A stretch of 64,000 bases of DNA from an uncultured Spirochaetota bacterium (lineage in GTDB: Bacteria > Spirochaetota > Brevinematia > Brevinematales > JAOACQ01). The stretch spans positions 128,001 to 192,000 of the forward strand of contig CAWAOD010000013.1 of NCBI GenBank assembly GCA_963783575.1. The letters are read 5' to 3'. The translations under genes were made by a program, and so were the position numbers. This document shows, piece by piece, positions 29,001 to 38,962 of this stretch; the stretch's first letter is position 1; the number at the start of each line of letters is the position of its first letter. Under the pieces are notes generated by a model. The model worked only from the letters and a program-made list of their open reading frames with translations. It had not been told where the DNA came from and did not search any database.

Positions 29001-30338
29001 ATGAAGATATTGATTGTTGATGACAACGAAGATGTGATTATCAGTCTTAAGGGAGTTTTTCAGGAATACGAAGTATCAGGAGCCGACTCAATAAAAAATG
29101 CAAGGAAGATTCTTGACGCCGAAGGTGATAATATTGACATTGCGATAATAGATATCAAACTCGGCGAGGAAGACGGAATTGAACTATTAAACTATATAAA
29201 AAGCAAGGTACCGTCAATTGAATGCATAATGATCTCCGGGTATACGAGCGTTGAAAAAGCCGTGCTATCGATTAAGCTGGGGGCTTTCGATTTTGTGGAG
29301 AAGCCGATATCATATCAGAAAATGAAGGTTGTGATTAATAACGCGATCGAGCATAAACGCTTTTCAAACCTATTAAGGAAGGAGATTGAGAAATACAGGC
29401 TTGTCGGTACATCGCCGGCCGTTAATAAAATGAATGAAATGATCGAAAAGGCTGCCCAGACTGACTTTCCGGTGATGATAACCGGGGAGAGCGGTGTTGG
29501 GAAAGAGCATATCGCTAATCTGATTCATTTAAAAAGCAGGCGGGGGAAGAACGAGATTATCAAACTGAACTGTGCAGCGATTCCGGAAAATCTTTTTGAA
29601 AGCGAGCTTTTTGGGTTTCAAAAAGGGGCTTTTACCGGCGCGAATGTTACAAAAAAAGGCAAGATCGAAATGGCAAGCGAGGGAACTCTTTTTCTGGATG
29701 AGATCGGAGAACTTCCGTTATCACAGCAGGCAAAATTATTAAGGGTGCTTGAGGACAGGGAAGTTACCAAGCTTGGGGGTGAATTGAAAACAAAAGTTGA
29801 TTTCCGGCTTATCAGCGCGACAAACAGCAATTTAAAAGAGTCCGTGGGCAAGGGCAAATTCAGGGAAGATTTTTATTACAGGATAGGGGTTTTAATAATT
29901 GATATACCGCCGTTACGGGAAAGAAAGGAAGATATAATCAATCTTGCCGATCATTTTTTCAAGCAGGCATGCATGGAGAACGGAAGCATTATAAAAAACA
30001 TATCGGCGGAAGCAATGGATTTGATCTCATCATTACCGCTAAAAGGTAATATCCGTGAATTGAAAAATTTAATGCAGCGTTTGTTCGCATTCTCGGAGGG
30101 TATAGAGATCAAGCTAGGCGATGTAAAACGGATCATCAGCAGCAATCAGAAGGATGAAGGGGATTCAATTTTTCAAAAAACGATGCCTTACAGCGAGGCG
30201 AAAAGGATTCTTGAAAGAAAATATATTGAAGCCCAGCTTAAACTGAACGATAATAATATATCAAAAACCGCGATAAGTATCGGTATTCTTCCAAATAACC
30301 TTGTCAGAAAAATAAAAGAGCTGGAAATGAATTCATAG
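29001..30338 (+). CDS. Sigma-54-dependent response regulator (NtrX-like)
   Basis: REC domain, GESGVGKE, GAFTGA, FLDEIGEL, GNIRELKN, HTH. Confidence 0.94.
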   Translation: MKILIVDDNEDVIISLKGVFQEYEVSGADSIKNARKILDAEGDNIDIAIIDIKLGEEDGIELLNYIKSKVPSIECIMISGYTSVEKAVLSIKLGAFDFVEKPISYQKMKVVINNAIEHKRFSNLLRKEIEKYRLVGTSPAVNKMNEMIEKAAQTDFPVMITGESGVGKEHIANLIHLKSRRGKNEIIKLNCAAIPENLFESELFGFQKGAFTGANVTKKGKIEMASEGTLFLDEIGELPLSQQAKLLRVLEDREVTKLGGELKTKVDFRLISATNSNLKESVGKGKFREDFYYRIGVLIIDIPPLRERKEDIINLADHFFKQACMENGSIIKNISAEAMDLISSLPLKGNIRELKNLMQRLFAFSEGIEIKLGDVKRIISSNQKDEGDSIFQKTMPYSEAKRILERKYIEAQLKLNDNNISKTAISIGILPNNLVRKIKELEMNS

Positions 30339-31028
30339 TGATTTTACATATAACAGTTCTCTTTTAATTTTACCTGCAGGTTTTAATAGGCCCATTCTTT
30401 TAAGGCTGTAAGTTATTTTTGTCGCCATACTCCTGCTGATTTCTGCCGTATTTGCAAGGCTGCTGTTTGTGAAAGGTTCAATAAGGTTATCAGGAAGGAA
30501 CCGTTTGAAATCCGCTCGCGTTTTAAAAACAACTCTGTCATGGACATCCAGAAGTTTATGATCTTCCACACTGGCCCATTTTCTTCTCCAGCTGCCAAGA
30601 CCGTCGTTTTTCAAAATCAGTTCTTCGCTAATTAACAATACTTCTATTGAGATATTTTTATTATTGATCAACTCGGGTATCCTTACCAGCTCATCGAAAA
30701 TATTTATTATATTACCAGACTTGGGCAATTTTCTCCTGTTGATTTCATTCCCTTCATTGTCAAGCCTTACAATCCATTTATTTTTTGGAATCGGGTATAC
30801 AAGGCTTATTAAATGATCTTCCGAGAGTTTCAGGATTTTTTTCTTTATCTTATACAAATATTTTGTCTGGATCTCTATAAGATGATTGTCCCTGACAATA
30901 TCAATTACATATCTGCCGATTTTTTCTTCCAGCCTGTCACCCGGCCTTGCATACCAGTTTTTAATCGCCGCGTGGAGGGATTTCTCGTTTAACAGACCGA
31001 TATGATTATCTTTAATTTTTTTACTCAC
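30333..31028 (-). CDS. Hypothetical protein with a possible PD-(D/E)xK-like fold and C-terminal winged HTH
   Basis: EKSLHAAIK...IDIVRDNHLIEIQT; C-terminal FTNSSLANTAEISRSMATK. Confidence 0.6.
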   Translation of the reverse strand: MSKKIKDNHIGLLNEKSLHAAIKNWYARPGDRLEEKIGRYVIDIVRDNHLIEIQTKYLYKIKKKILKLSEDHLISLVYPIPKNKWIVRLDNEGNEINRRKLPKSGNIINIFDELVRIPELINNKNISIEVLLISEELILKNDGLGSWRRKWASVEDHKLLDVHDRVVFKTRADFKRFLPDNLIEPFTNSSLANTAEISRSMATKITYSLKRMGLLKPAGKIKRELLYVKSL

Positions 31029-31181
31029 AAAAACAACCTTGCTTATTTTTAATGATAATTCGCGATACTTTAATTGTTCCGTTAAATAATTATATCATAA
31101 TTCTCTGAATTTTGCAGGGCTTGACTATTTATAACAGTTGCCATATCATCTATGGCAGCATAATAGCCTGCCCTGAGCCTG

Positions 31182-32872
31182 CAGACTGTGTGAAAACACA
31201 GTAAATATGCTATAATTATTAGAACAAAAATAATCGGAGTAAAAGATGAAGCATATTGAGGGAGAATCAAGGGATCAGATAGTTCTGTTCAATGAAACAC
31301 TGGAAGATCTGTTAGGAGAAGAAGATCCGGTAAGGTTTATAGATATTTTTGTTGATAAGCTAAATATGAAAGGAGTTGGTTTTAAAGTAAAAGAAGCATC
31401 AACCGGCAGAAGTTCATATAAATCCGAAATACTTTTAAAAATCTATATTTACGGATATTTGAATAAAATCAGGACAAGCAGGAAATTAGAGAGAGAGTGC
31501 CGAAGAAACACAGAGTTGATGTGGCTGACTGGACGACTAGCGCCGGATTTCAAGACGATTGCCGACTTCAGGAAAGATAATAAGAAGGGAATACAGTCGA
31601 TATTCAGAGAATTTTTGAAGATATGTCATAAAGCCGGGCTTTTATCATTTGACGTTGTTGGAATTGATGGAACCAAGATCAGTGCGCAAAACCACAATAA
31701 CAATGTTTATCATAGGAAAAACATAGAAGAAATCATACATAGAATAGATCAAAAGATCGAAGAATATTTGAATGAGATGGATAAGAACGATAAGGAAGAA
31801 AAGAATGAATTTGAATTTCTTTCCGGAAAGATAGCGGAACGTTTAAAGAAAATGAAAACAAAAAAGGATAAAGTTGAGGCTATTAAAAAGATTTTTGAGG
31901 GAAATCCTGAAATGGAGAAATATTATTCAAATGACCCGGAAAGCCGGTTTATGAATGATAAAGGGAAATCCGACATTGCATATAATCTGCAGATGGCAGT
32001 AGATGATGCGAATAAACTGATTGTGGTGATTGATGTGACGAATGAAAACAATGATATCAAACAGATGGCAGGAATGTGTGACCGAGTAGAAGAAATAAAG
32101 GACGAGCTTAAGGTAGAGACTGAAACGGTCAAAGTATCGGATGCCGGTTATTACAGCGAACCGCAGATACTGGAATGTATAGATAAGGGACATAACGTAT
32201 ATATGCCGAATCCGGATGACGGACATAAGGCAAGGATTCGAGGCAAAGAAGATAATAAAGGAGTACCTGCTGAAGAATACCAGGTTGATAAATTCAAATA
32301 TGATCCGGGACAAAATGTTTATTATTGTCCGGAGGGAAACCCATTAGTGAGAAATGGGAAAAAAGTAGAGAAGGTCAATGGAGGAAAAGAGATAGTCAGG
32401 TACAAGTGCGGCTTATGCAGCCAATGTGAAGTAAGAAATAAGTGTACTGAAAGCGTGGAAGGACGAAGTATCAAAGTACCAGTTAGAAAAGAAGAAATTG
32501 AGAACTTCAAGAGGAAAATTCGTTCTGAAGCCGGGAAAAAGATCATAGAGAAAAGGAAAGAGATATGTGAACATCCATTTGGATCGATAAAAAGGAATAT
32601 GGGTTACAGTTATTTTTTAATGAAGGGAAAGGATGGCGTTCTGACGGAATCCAGTTTGGCAGGATTCATTCATAATTTAATAAAAGTATTGAATATATTG
32701 GGAATAAAGAGACTTATGACTCTGGTTTGATGCTAATAAACCATCGTTTATCGTATTCGGATAGATTTTTTAAACTAAGATTTTTTTAGCTTGAAAAATA
32801 TATCAAAAAATGGAGTTTTTGTATAATTAATCGATTTTACTATAAAATTTTACTGAGTTTTCACACAGCCTG
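31182..32872 (+). mobile_element. IS1182-family insertion sequence
   Basis: TIRs CAGACTGTGTGAAAAC / GTTTTCACACAGCCTG flanking the transposase; no clear target duplication. Confidence 0.9.
31246..32730 (+). CDS. IS1182-family transposase
   Basis: SRKLEREC, PDFKTIADFR, IDGTKI, DAGYYS, CPEG and CxxC, EHPFGSIK. Confidence 0.95.
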   Translation: MKHIEGESRDQIVLFNETLEDLLGEEDPVRFIDIFVDKLNMKGVGFKVKEASTGRSSYKSEILLKIYIYGYLNKIRTSRKLERECRRNTELMWLTGRLAPDFKTIADFRKDNKKGIQSIFREFLKICHKAGLLSFDVVGIDGTKISAQNHNNNVYHRKNIEEIIHRIDQKIEEYLNEMDKNDKEEKNEFEFLSGKIAERLKKMKTKKDKVEAIKKIFEGNPEMEKYYSNDPESRFMNDKGKSDIAYNLQMAVDDANKLIVVIDVTNENNDIKQMAGMCDRVEEIKDELKVETETVKVSDAGYYSEPQILECIDKGHNVYMPNPDDGHKARIRGKEDNKGVPAEEYQVDKFKYDPGQNVYYCPEGNPLVRNGKKVEKVNGGKEIVRYKCGLCSQCEVRNKCTESVEGRSIKVPVRKEEIENFKRKIRSEAGKKIIEKRKEICEHPFGSIKRNMGYSYFLMKGKDGVLTESSLAGFIHNLIKVLNILGIKRLMTLV

Positions 32873-32960
32873 ATGGCGAAGGGTTGCACTCAAATATATT
32901 TCATTTATTTTTATAAATTATCATGCTTCATTCGACTAAAGCATAAATTGTAAATAAAAA

Positions 32961-33223
32961 ATTCACAGGAAGACAGGAAGATATAGAAGATTTTAGTCAC
33001 TAATTGCGCGAGTTAACGCTAATTAAATAAAGCATATTCATAAAAACCCGTGGTTTGGTTCGATAAGCTAACAGGCCAAGGCTTTCGTGTAATTCGTGCA
33101 ACTTGTGGTGAACAAACCGAATCCATTATTGGATACTTATTCATCCATTCGGAATTGTGGCTCAAATATAATTATTAAAAATCCTAGCATATAACTTCTC
33201 GCCTTATAACCATCCTGTGAAAA
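32961..33223. repeat. Nested inverted-repeat element
   Basis: TTCACAGGAAGACAGGAAG...CATCCTGTGAA enclosing CCACGAATT-type arms and a TTCGATAAGCT unit. Confidence 0.65.
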
Positions 33224-33342
33224 TACGATTGTCCGGCTAAACTATTCGTTAAAAATTTGTATTAAGTATACAAAAATCGGAAGAGACATTATTATATGGA
33301 TCAAATATCTGTTTGCAAACATCATGTTTAAGGAGGAAGGCT

Positions 33343-34071
33343 TTGATAGTATATGGTAGAAATTCTGTTGATGAAGCCCTGATTGAGGGTTTAAAAATTC
33401 AAAATGTTATGGTGGAAAAAGGTAAAGAAGAAAAGTTTTTTAATTTAACAAGCCGGTTAAAAGAAAAAGGGATTAAAGTTCAATTCGCTCCCCGGGTAAT
33501 TCTTGATAAAACATCACAAACATTGAAACACCAGGGAATTCTGGCTGAATTGATCCTGCCCGAAAATATCATAGAGGATGATAAGGATTTTGACGGCTGG
33601 GATTCCATGAATGCTGTGATCGCACTTGATGGAATTACAGATACCGGCAACCTTGGTGCCGTCATTCGATCCGCCCTGTTGATGAAGTTTGATGCCGTTG
33701 TCCTTCCCAATGACAACAGCGCCAGGATTACTCCGCAGACAATCAAGGCGTCAGCAGGGGCGATTTACAAGGAAAAAGTTGTTTATATAAACAGCCTGAA
33801 CCGCTTTATCGATAAAATAAAAGAAACCGGGTTCTCGGTCTACGGACTTGAAGGGGAGTCCGAAACTCCAATTACGGATGTAAAATTTCCTGAAAAGGTT
33901 TGTCTGGTTGTTGGGGCGGAAAGAAAGGGGATCCGCAAATCCGTTAAGCAGAAGTGCGACATGCTTATAAAAATACCGACATCCCGCAAAATTGACAGTT
34001 TTAATGCGTCTGTCGCGGGGGCGATTGCTATGTGGGAAGTTTACAGAAACAAGCGTGACCGTGCGACATAG
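33343..34071 (+). CDS. rlmB: 23S rRNA Gm2251 methyltransferase (TrmH/SpoU family)
   Basis: YGRNSV, HQGI, GNLGAVIRSA, GAERKG, SFNASVA; TTG start after AGGAGG. Confidence 0.9.
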   Translation: MIVYGRNSVDEALIEGLKIQNVMVEKGKEEKFFNLTSRLKEKGIKVQFAPRVILDKTSQTLKHQGILAELILPENIIEDDKDFDGWDSMNAVIALDGITDTGNLGAVIRSALLMKFDAVVLPNDNSARITPQTIKASAGAIYKEKVVYINSLNRFIDKIKETGFSVYGLEGESETPITDVKFPEKVCLVVGAERKGIRKSVKQKCDMLIKIPTSRKIDSFNASVAGAIAMWEVYRNKRDRAT

Positions 34072-34187
34072 TGTCGCTTGGCGAACTTTCGTTCGCCACT
34101 ATCTTTATGTTACTTGAAGAGCTCGTCATGGAACATCCTGCTCCACTTTTGGTTTTGTGGCATCGTGCAGCTAAATATCTCATTGCG
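34063..34187 (+). repeat. Three-hairpin dispersed repeat, copy 3 (long form)
   Basis: GCGACA-tag-TGTCGC, TGGCGAAC-tttc-GTTCGCCA, GGAACA-tcc-TGCTCC; 3' extension shared with the copy at 56464. Confidence 0.8.
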
Positions 34188-34291
34188 TTTCTGTGCGTGG
34201 TTTGATGAGCCAGCCTACACCGGGATCTACAGCAGGTAGACGGCAGACAGGTCGGATCACAGGACAGGCTCCTTGGCCAGTTTTTAATTGA

Positions 34292-35498
34292 CTATTTTCC
34301 ATTAATTACCCAATTGGTTTCCAGGGCGATCATAAGCTCTTCATTTGTAGGGACAAGAAGAACCTGTGTTTTAGAACCTGAAGCGCTTAAATTTGTAAGC
34401 TTACCCCGTACTTCAGAGGAAGAGTTAAGTTTTACATCTATATTTATTCCGTAAGCTTCAAGACCTTCCACACTTTTCTCCCTGACCCAGGCGTCATTTT
34501 CACCTATTCCCGCTGTAAAAATTATAGCGTCAACCCTGCCAAGCTCAACCATATAAGAGCCGATGTATTTCCTGATGCTTTTTATAAGGACTTCCCGCGC
34601 AAGCTGAGCCCACTTATTCCCATTTTTAGCCGCGACAGTAACTTCCCGCAGGTCATTGGAAATTCCGGACAGCCCGATCAAACCGCTTTTTTTATTTAAA
34701 ACATCATTCACCTGCTTTGTGTTCATGTTGAATGTTTCCATTAGGAAAAAAACGATATACGGATCGATCGAACCGCAGCGTGTTCCCATGACAACGCCTT
34801 CCAGAGGTGTAAAACCCATAGATGTGTCTATGGATTTACCGTTCTTCACGGCCGTAATGCTGGAACCGTTGCCAAGATGGCAGGTTATGCAGTTGAAATT
34901 ATCCAGTTTTATATTAAGAAATTCAGCAGCCTTCATTGTTACATAACGGTGAGATGTCCCATGAAACCCGTATCTGCGTATCCTGTATTTATCGTAGTAA
35001 TCGATTGGAAGAGCGTACAGAAAAGAACTCTCAGGGCATGGTTTGATGGAATGCCGTATCAAAAACCGCTACCTGCCTGGTATCCGGAAGTACTTCCCTG
35101 CAGGAATATATTCCCTGCAGATTCGGAGGATTATGAAGCGGCGCGAGTTCGGAAAACTTTTCAATCGAGGCTATAACTTTATCGTCAATTATAACCGATC
35201 CGGTGAATTCCTCTCCCCCGTGAACTACCCTGTGACCTATTGCTTCAATTTCATCAAGGGAATTAATGAATGCGTTTTCTTTACTTATCAATCTGGCTAT
35301 AACTTCTTTTAAAGCCGCGGTGTGACTGGAAACCTTAAGTTTTTCAACTGCTTTTTCACCATTCTTTTTATAATATGTCAATTCCGAATCTCCGCCGATT
35401 TTTTCGATAATGCCCTTTGTTATTACACCCTCATTTTCAGTTGTAATAAGCTGATACTTAAGCGATGAACTGCCGCAATTTATAACCAGCACTTTCAT
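34292..35498 (-). CDS. ackA: Acetate kinase, frameshifted at about 35035
   Basis: LVINCGSSSLK, HRVVHGG, FDTAFHQTMP, then YGFHGTSH, CHLGNG and TNEE in another frame; one extra C in ATGCCCTGAG. Confidence 0.93.
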
Positions 35499-35644
35499 AA
35501 AAACTCCTTAAACAACAGACATTATGCCTGGTATGTAAGCAATATCTTGCGTCTCTTTAAGAACTAATACTTATATTTTATAACAGATTAATTAAAAAAA
35601 CAATAATTAACCGACCAAAAGAGAAAATATGTCCAATTTGTTAT

Positions 35645-36595
35645 TTATAAAAATTTACCCTGGAATAAACCTTTTTCAGTCATAAGATTTTCAAGTGCTG
35701 CAATATTTTTCGACTTGTCAAGCGTCCATAGCGGACTTATCAAATTATCCCTTTGACATTGGCCGAATAATCTGTGGATAACGATATTTTCAGGCAGGAT
35801 CGGTATGATTTTTAATAATATATCCAGATATTCACTTAATTCAAGAGGTCTGAATTTGTTTTCCAGGTACAATCTCTCAAGCATTGTCCGGCGCTCGACG
35901 TAGAGGTGATGGAATTTGAAGGCATCTATTCCGAGCTTTATCAGTTTTTGGATGGTATTTATCATATCACCGGAAGACTCGCCCGGCAATCCGAAAATAA
36001 CATGAGCGAGAACCAGAATCTTTTTTCTTTTTTTTGTTTGAATGATCGCGTTGATCGTTTCTTCCGCGGAATGACCGCGGTTAATAAAGTTAAGAGTTTC
36101 ATTTTTCAGGCTCTGGACGCCGAATTCAATAATGACCAATTTATTCTCGGCGATTGATTCCAGGAGTGAAAGTTTTTCTTCATCTATACAGTCAGGGCGC
36201 GTGCCTATGGACATTCCGACGACATCATCGAATTTTAAGGCTTCACGGTAAATAGATTCGAGAACATTAACAGGCGCGTAAGTATTTGTGTAAGGCTGGA
36301 AATATACCAGGTATTTACTTGCCCTGTAGCGCTTGTTTATTATTTCCATACCGTTTTTCAACTGTATGGTTATGCTTGTTCCGGGAATTACATATCCCGA
36401 TCTCGATCCTTCTTCATTGCAGTAAATACATCCGCCTGTTCCTTTTGTCCCATCCCGGTTCGGGCATGTAAAACCGGCGTCTATGGATATCCTGTATACT
36501 TTTTCGCCGAATTTTTCCCTGAAAAAGGCATTAAGTGAATGATAAGGCTTGCCCAGCCATTTATCTGGATTGGTTTTATTTATGGATTGAGTCAT
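35645..36595 (-). CDS. TIGR01212 (YhcC-like) radical SAM protein
   Basis: GFTCPNRDG...GGCIYC, YFQPYTNTY, IGTRPDC. Confidence 0.93.
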   Translation of the reverse strand: MTQSINKTNPDKWLGKPYHSLNAFFREKFGEKVYRISIDAGFTCPNRDGTKGTGGCIYCNEEGSRSGYVIPGTSITIQLKNGMEIINKRYRASKYLVYFQPYTNTYAPVNVLESIYREALKFDDVVGMSIGTRPDCIDEEKLSLLESIAENKLVIIEFGVQSLKNETLNFINRGHSAEETINAIIQTKKRKKILVLAHVIFGLPGESSGDMINTIQKLIKLGIDAFKFHHLYVERRTMLERLYLENKFRPLELSEYLDILLKIIPILPENIVIHRLFGQCQRDNLISPLWTLDKSKNIAALENLMTEKGLFQGKFL

Positions 36596-36602
36596 ACTGA
36601 TA

Positions 36603-37247
36603 TTATTTCCTTATTGATATAATAATCCCGTCATCGATATTAAGAAAAAGGCTTTTAAAACTTTTGTGGCGGGAAAGCTTATAGTTAAACTGTTTTAAAA
36701 GATCAACACCGCCGGAATATTTTTCCTCATTACCGTCTTCCATTTCAATAACCTTTCCGTTAAACAGAAAATTATCGGTAAAAAAAATTCCCCCGGGAAT
36801 AACCCTGTCTTCAAGAATTTTTAAAAATTCGGTATAATCCCTTTTCTGAGCGTCCAGAAACACAAAGTCAAATTGCCCGGTAGAATTTTTCAGGTAATCG
36901 AATGCGTCAAGATATAAAAGGTCAATATTCCTGTAATCATGGAAAAGCTTTTGCGCTTCAATAAACCTGTTTTTATCCCTTTCGATTGTTGTGAGCTTGG
37001 CATCACCTGAAAGCCCCTTATGAATCCATAGCGTTGAATATCCGCTTCCTGTTCCGATTTCCAGGAAGTTTTCCGGCCGTTTGAATTTGATTAAAAAATA
37101 AAGCAGTTTAGCTGTTGTCTTCCTGATTATGGGTATTTTATTCTTCACAGATTTTTCATAAAGATCATCCCATTCTGCTTCGTCCAGATCATTGTTCAGT
37201 TCATCGGTATAAGCCTGGACCGCCGCATTAAAACTATTCAAATCCAA
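36603..37247 (-). CDS. SAM-dependent O-methyltransferase (YrrM/TrmR-like)
   Basis: IPII, LEIGTGSGYS, FDFVFLDA, DNFLF; probable TTG start after GGGAGG, since the ORF-track start lies inside a MITE. Confidence 0.88.
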   Translation of the reverse strand: MDLNSFNAAVQAYTDELNNDLDEAEWDDLYEKSVKNKIPIIRKTTAKLLYFLIKFKRPENFLEIGTGSGYSTLWIHKGLSGDAKLTTIERDKNRFIEAQKLFHDYRNIDLLYLDAFDYLKNSTGQFDFVFLDAQKRDYTEFLKILEDRVIPGGIFFTDNFLFNGKVIEMEDGNEEKYSGGVDLLKQFNYKLSRHKSFKSLFLNIDDGIIISIRK

Positions 37248-37271
37248 AAAATCCTCCCGGGGCAGCATGAT

Positions 37272-37420
37272 GGGTTCACTGAAAATCAGCATAAATCTTA
37301 AAATGTTTAATAAACAGTATTTTATTGGTGTCCTATCCTATTTTATAACAATGAGTTATAAATGCAATTAGAAACGGTTGATTATAGTTTTCAATTTTTA
37401 ACTCATTTTTCAGTGAACCC
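37272..37420. mobile_element. 149-bp MITE, copy 1
   Basis: TIRs GGGTTCACTGAAAA / TTTTCAGTGAACCC; ATGAT duplicated on both sides; near-identical copy at 56594. Confidence 0.9.
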
Positions 37421-37450
37421 ATGATGCCGCATCCAAATTTTTTGTAATAA

Positions 37451-38626
37451 TTATTGTATTCTTTCAAGAAGTATAGATTTTATTTCATCAATGTTCAGTT
37501 TAACCGGATTATTTTTGCAATCGGTTTCACTGGCGATCTTTTCAGCATCGGTTTTTTTAATGCCGAAATCGCTCAATAGCGGTAGACCAAACTTAACCGT
37601 CATTTCCTTCAGGATTTCTATAAACCTGGTACACGATTCTTTTTCCGAAAGACTCCAATCTCCGGTAAATAGTCTTCCAATATTAGCATATTTTTTAAGC
37701 GCGGTATTATTACTATCCGTATTCAATTTCCTGATAACAGTCCTATTAACCGAAGCCATAAGGGTGCCGCAGGCAACACCATGGGGAATTTCAAAATAGC
37801 CCCCGATAACCCCGGCAATACCATGAAGCGCGCCAAGACCGGCATTGGTTAATGTTATTCCGGACAAATAAGCCGCGTAAGACATTCCGCAACGGGCTTT
37901 TATATCCGAACCGTCGGTAAAAGCCTGCATCAAACTTTCTTTAAGGATTTCAAGGCCGTTCCAGGCAAGTGTATCGGTAATGGGCGATGCTTTTAACGAT
38001 AGGTAAGATTCGAGAAGCTGTGCAAATGCATCCATTCCGCTTGCGGCTGTTACAGGCTTCGTACATGATACAGTGAGTTCCGGATCTATTAATGCAATAT
38101 CCGGAATAAGATTATCATGCCTGAGAGATTTTTTGAAACCGTTTTTCCCTGTAACGCTTAAAACAGCGTTCTTTGTGGCTTCGCTTCCGGTTCCCGCCGT
38201 GGTAGGAACCGCTATAAAAGGCGCCTTAATACCGTTGTGATTTGATTTTCCAATTACTTCAAGATAATTGATAACCGAATCCTTTTGCGGCAGCATCGCC
38301 GAAATTGCCTTTCCGGCATCGATAACACTGCCCCCTCCGATTGAGACTACTAAGTGAATTGCTTTATTCCTGAATTCGGCAACCGCGTAATCAATAATAT
38401 CTGGGGAGGGTTCCTGCTCTACCCGGAAAATATAATAATTTATGTTGTTTTTCTTAAGTTCGGATTCAAGGTTTTTCAATCTACCTGAATTTTCAAGGGA
38501 TGACGAACCCGTAATAATAAGGACTGTATTTCCAAAATCTTCTATAATTTCCGGAAGTTCATTAAAACAGCCCGGGCCGAATAAAAGTTTAGGGTTTGCA
38601 AGAAATGTAAAATTATTTATTTCCAT
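37451..38626 (-). CDS. Iron-containing alcohol dehydrogenase
   Basis: GGGSVIDAGK, PTTAGTGSEAT, ALHG, PHG. Confidence 0.93.
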   Translation of the reverse strand: MEINNFTFLANPKLLFGPGCFNELPEIIEDFGNTVLIITGSSSLENSGRLKNLESELKKNNINYYIFRVEQEPSPDIIDYAVAEFRNKAIHLVVSIGGGSVIDAGKAISAMLPQKDSVINYLEVIGKSNHNGIKAPFIAVPTTAGTGSEATKNAVLSVTGKNGFKKSLRHDNLIPDIALIDPELTVSCTKPVTAASGMDAFAQLLESYLSLKASPITDTLAWNGLEILKESLMQAFTDGSDIKARCGMSYAAYLSGITLTNAGLGALHGIAGVIGGYFEIPHGVACGTLMASVNRTVIRKLNTDSNNTALKKYANIGRLFTGDWSLSEKESCTRFIEILKEMTVKFGLPLLSDFGIKKTDAEKIASETDCKNNPVKLNIDEIKSILLERIQ

Positions 38627-38934
38627 CGCCTGATATCCTCAGGGCATATTACGCTGTGCTGTATGCCTTCCCTCGGCTTTGCCATCCAGCCCGCGACTGT
38701 ATCCCTCCATTTTGCATAATGAGAAGTATTTTTATGTGCTGCTGCGGATTCTTCGGAATCGTATACCTCGTAAAGGAAAAAACGCGAAGGATCATTCGAG
38801 CACTGGAGGAAATCAAAGCGCAGGTTGCCAGGTTCCTTTATGGATTGATTGTGATTTTCAATAGTGGCATTAATAAAATTAATGATATTTTCCTCTTTAA
38901 CAAAAATAGTAATGCAGGTTATTTTCATTTTCAA
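38617..38934 (-). CDS. Antibiotic biosynthesis monooxygenase / LsrG-like protein
   Basis: EPGNLRFDFLQ, FFLYEVY, AAHKNTSHYAKWRD. Confidence 0.88.
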   Translation of the reverse strand: MKMKITCITIFVKEENIINFINATIENHNQSIKEPGNLRFDFLQCSNDPSRFFLYEVYDSEESAAAHKNTSHYAKWRDTVAGWMAKPREGIQHSVICPEDIRRWK

Positions 38935-38962
38935 GGCCCCCTATTTTTATAATAAGATTCCG

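Noticed and set aside
37248..37292. N-terminal extension MLIFSEPIMLPREDF of the methyltransferase
   Set aside because: The ATG lies inside the MITE; a GGGAGG RBS supports the TTG at 37247
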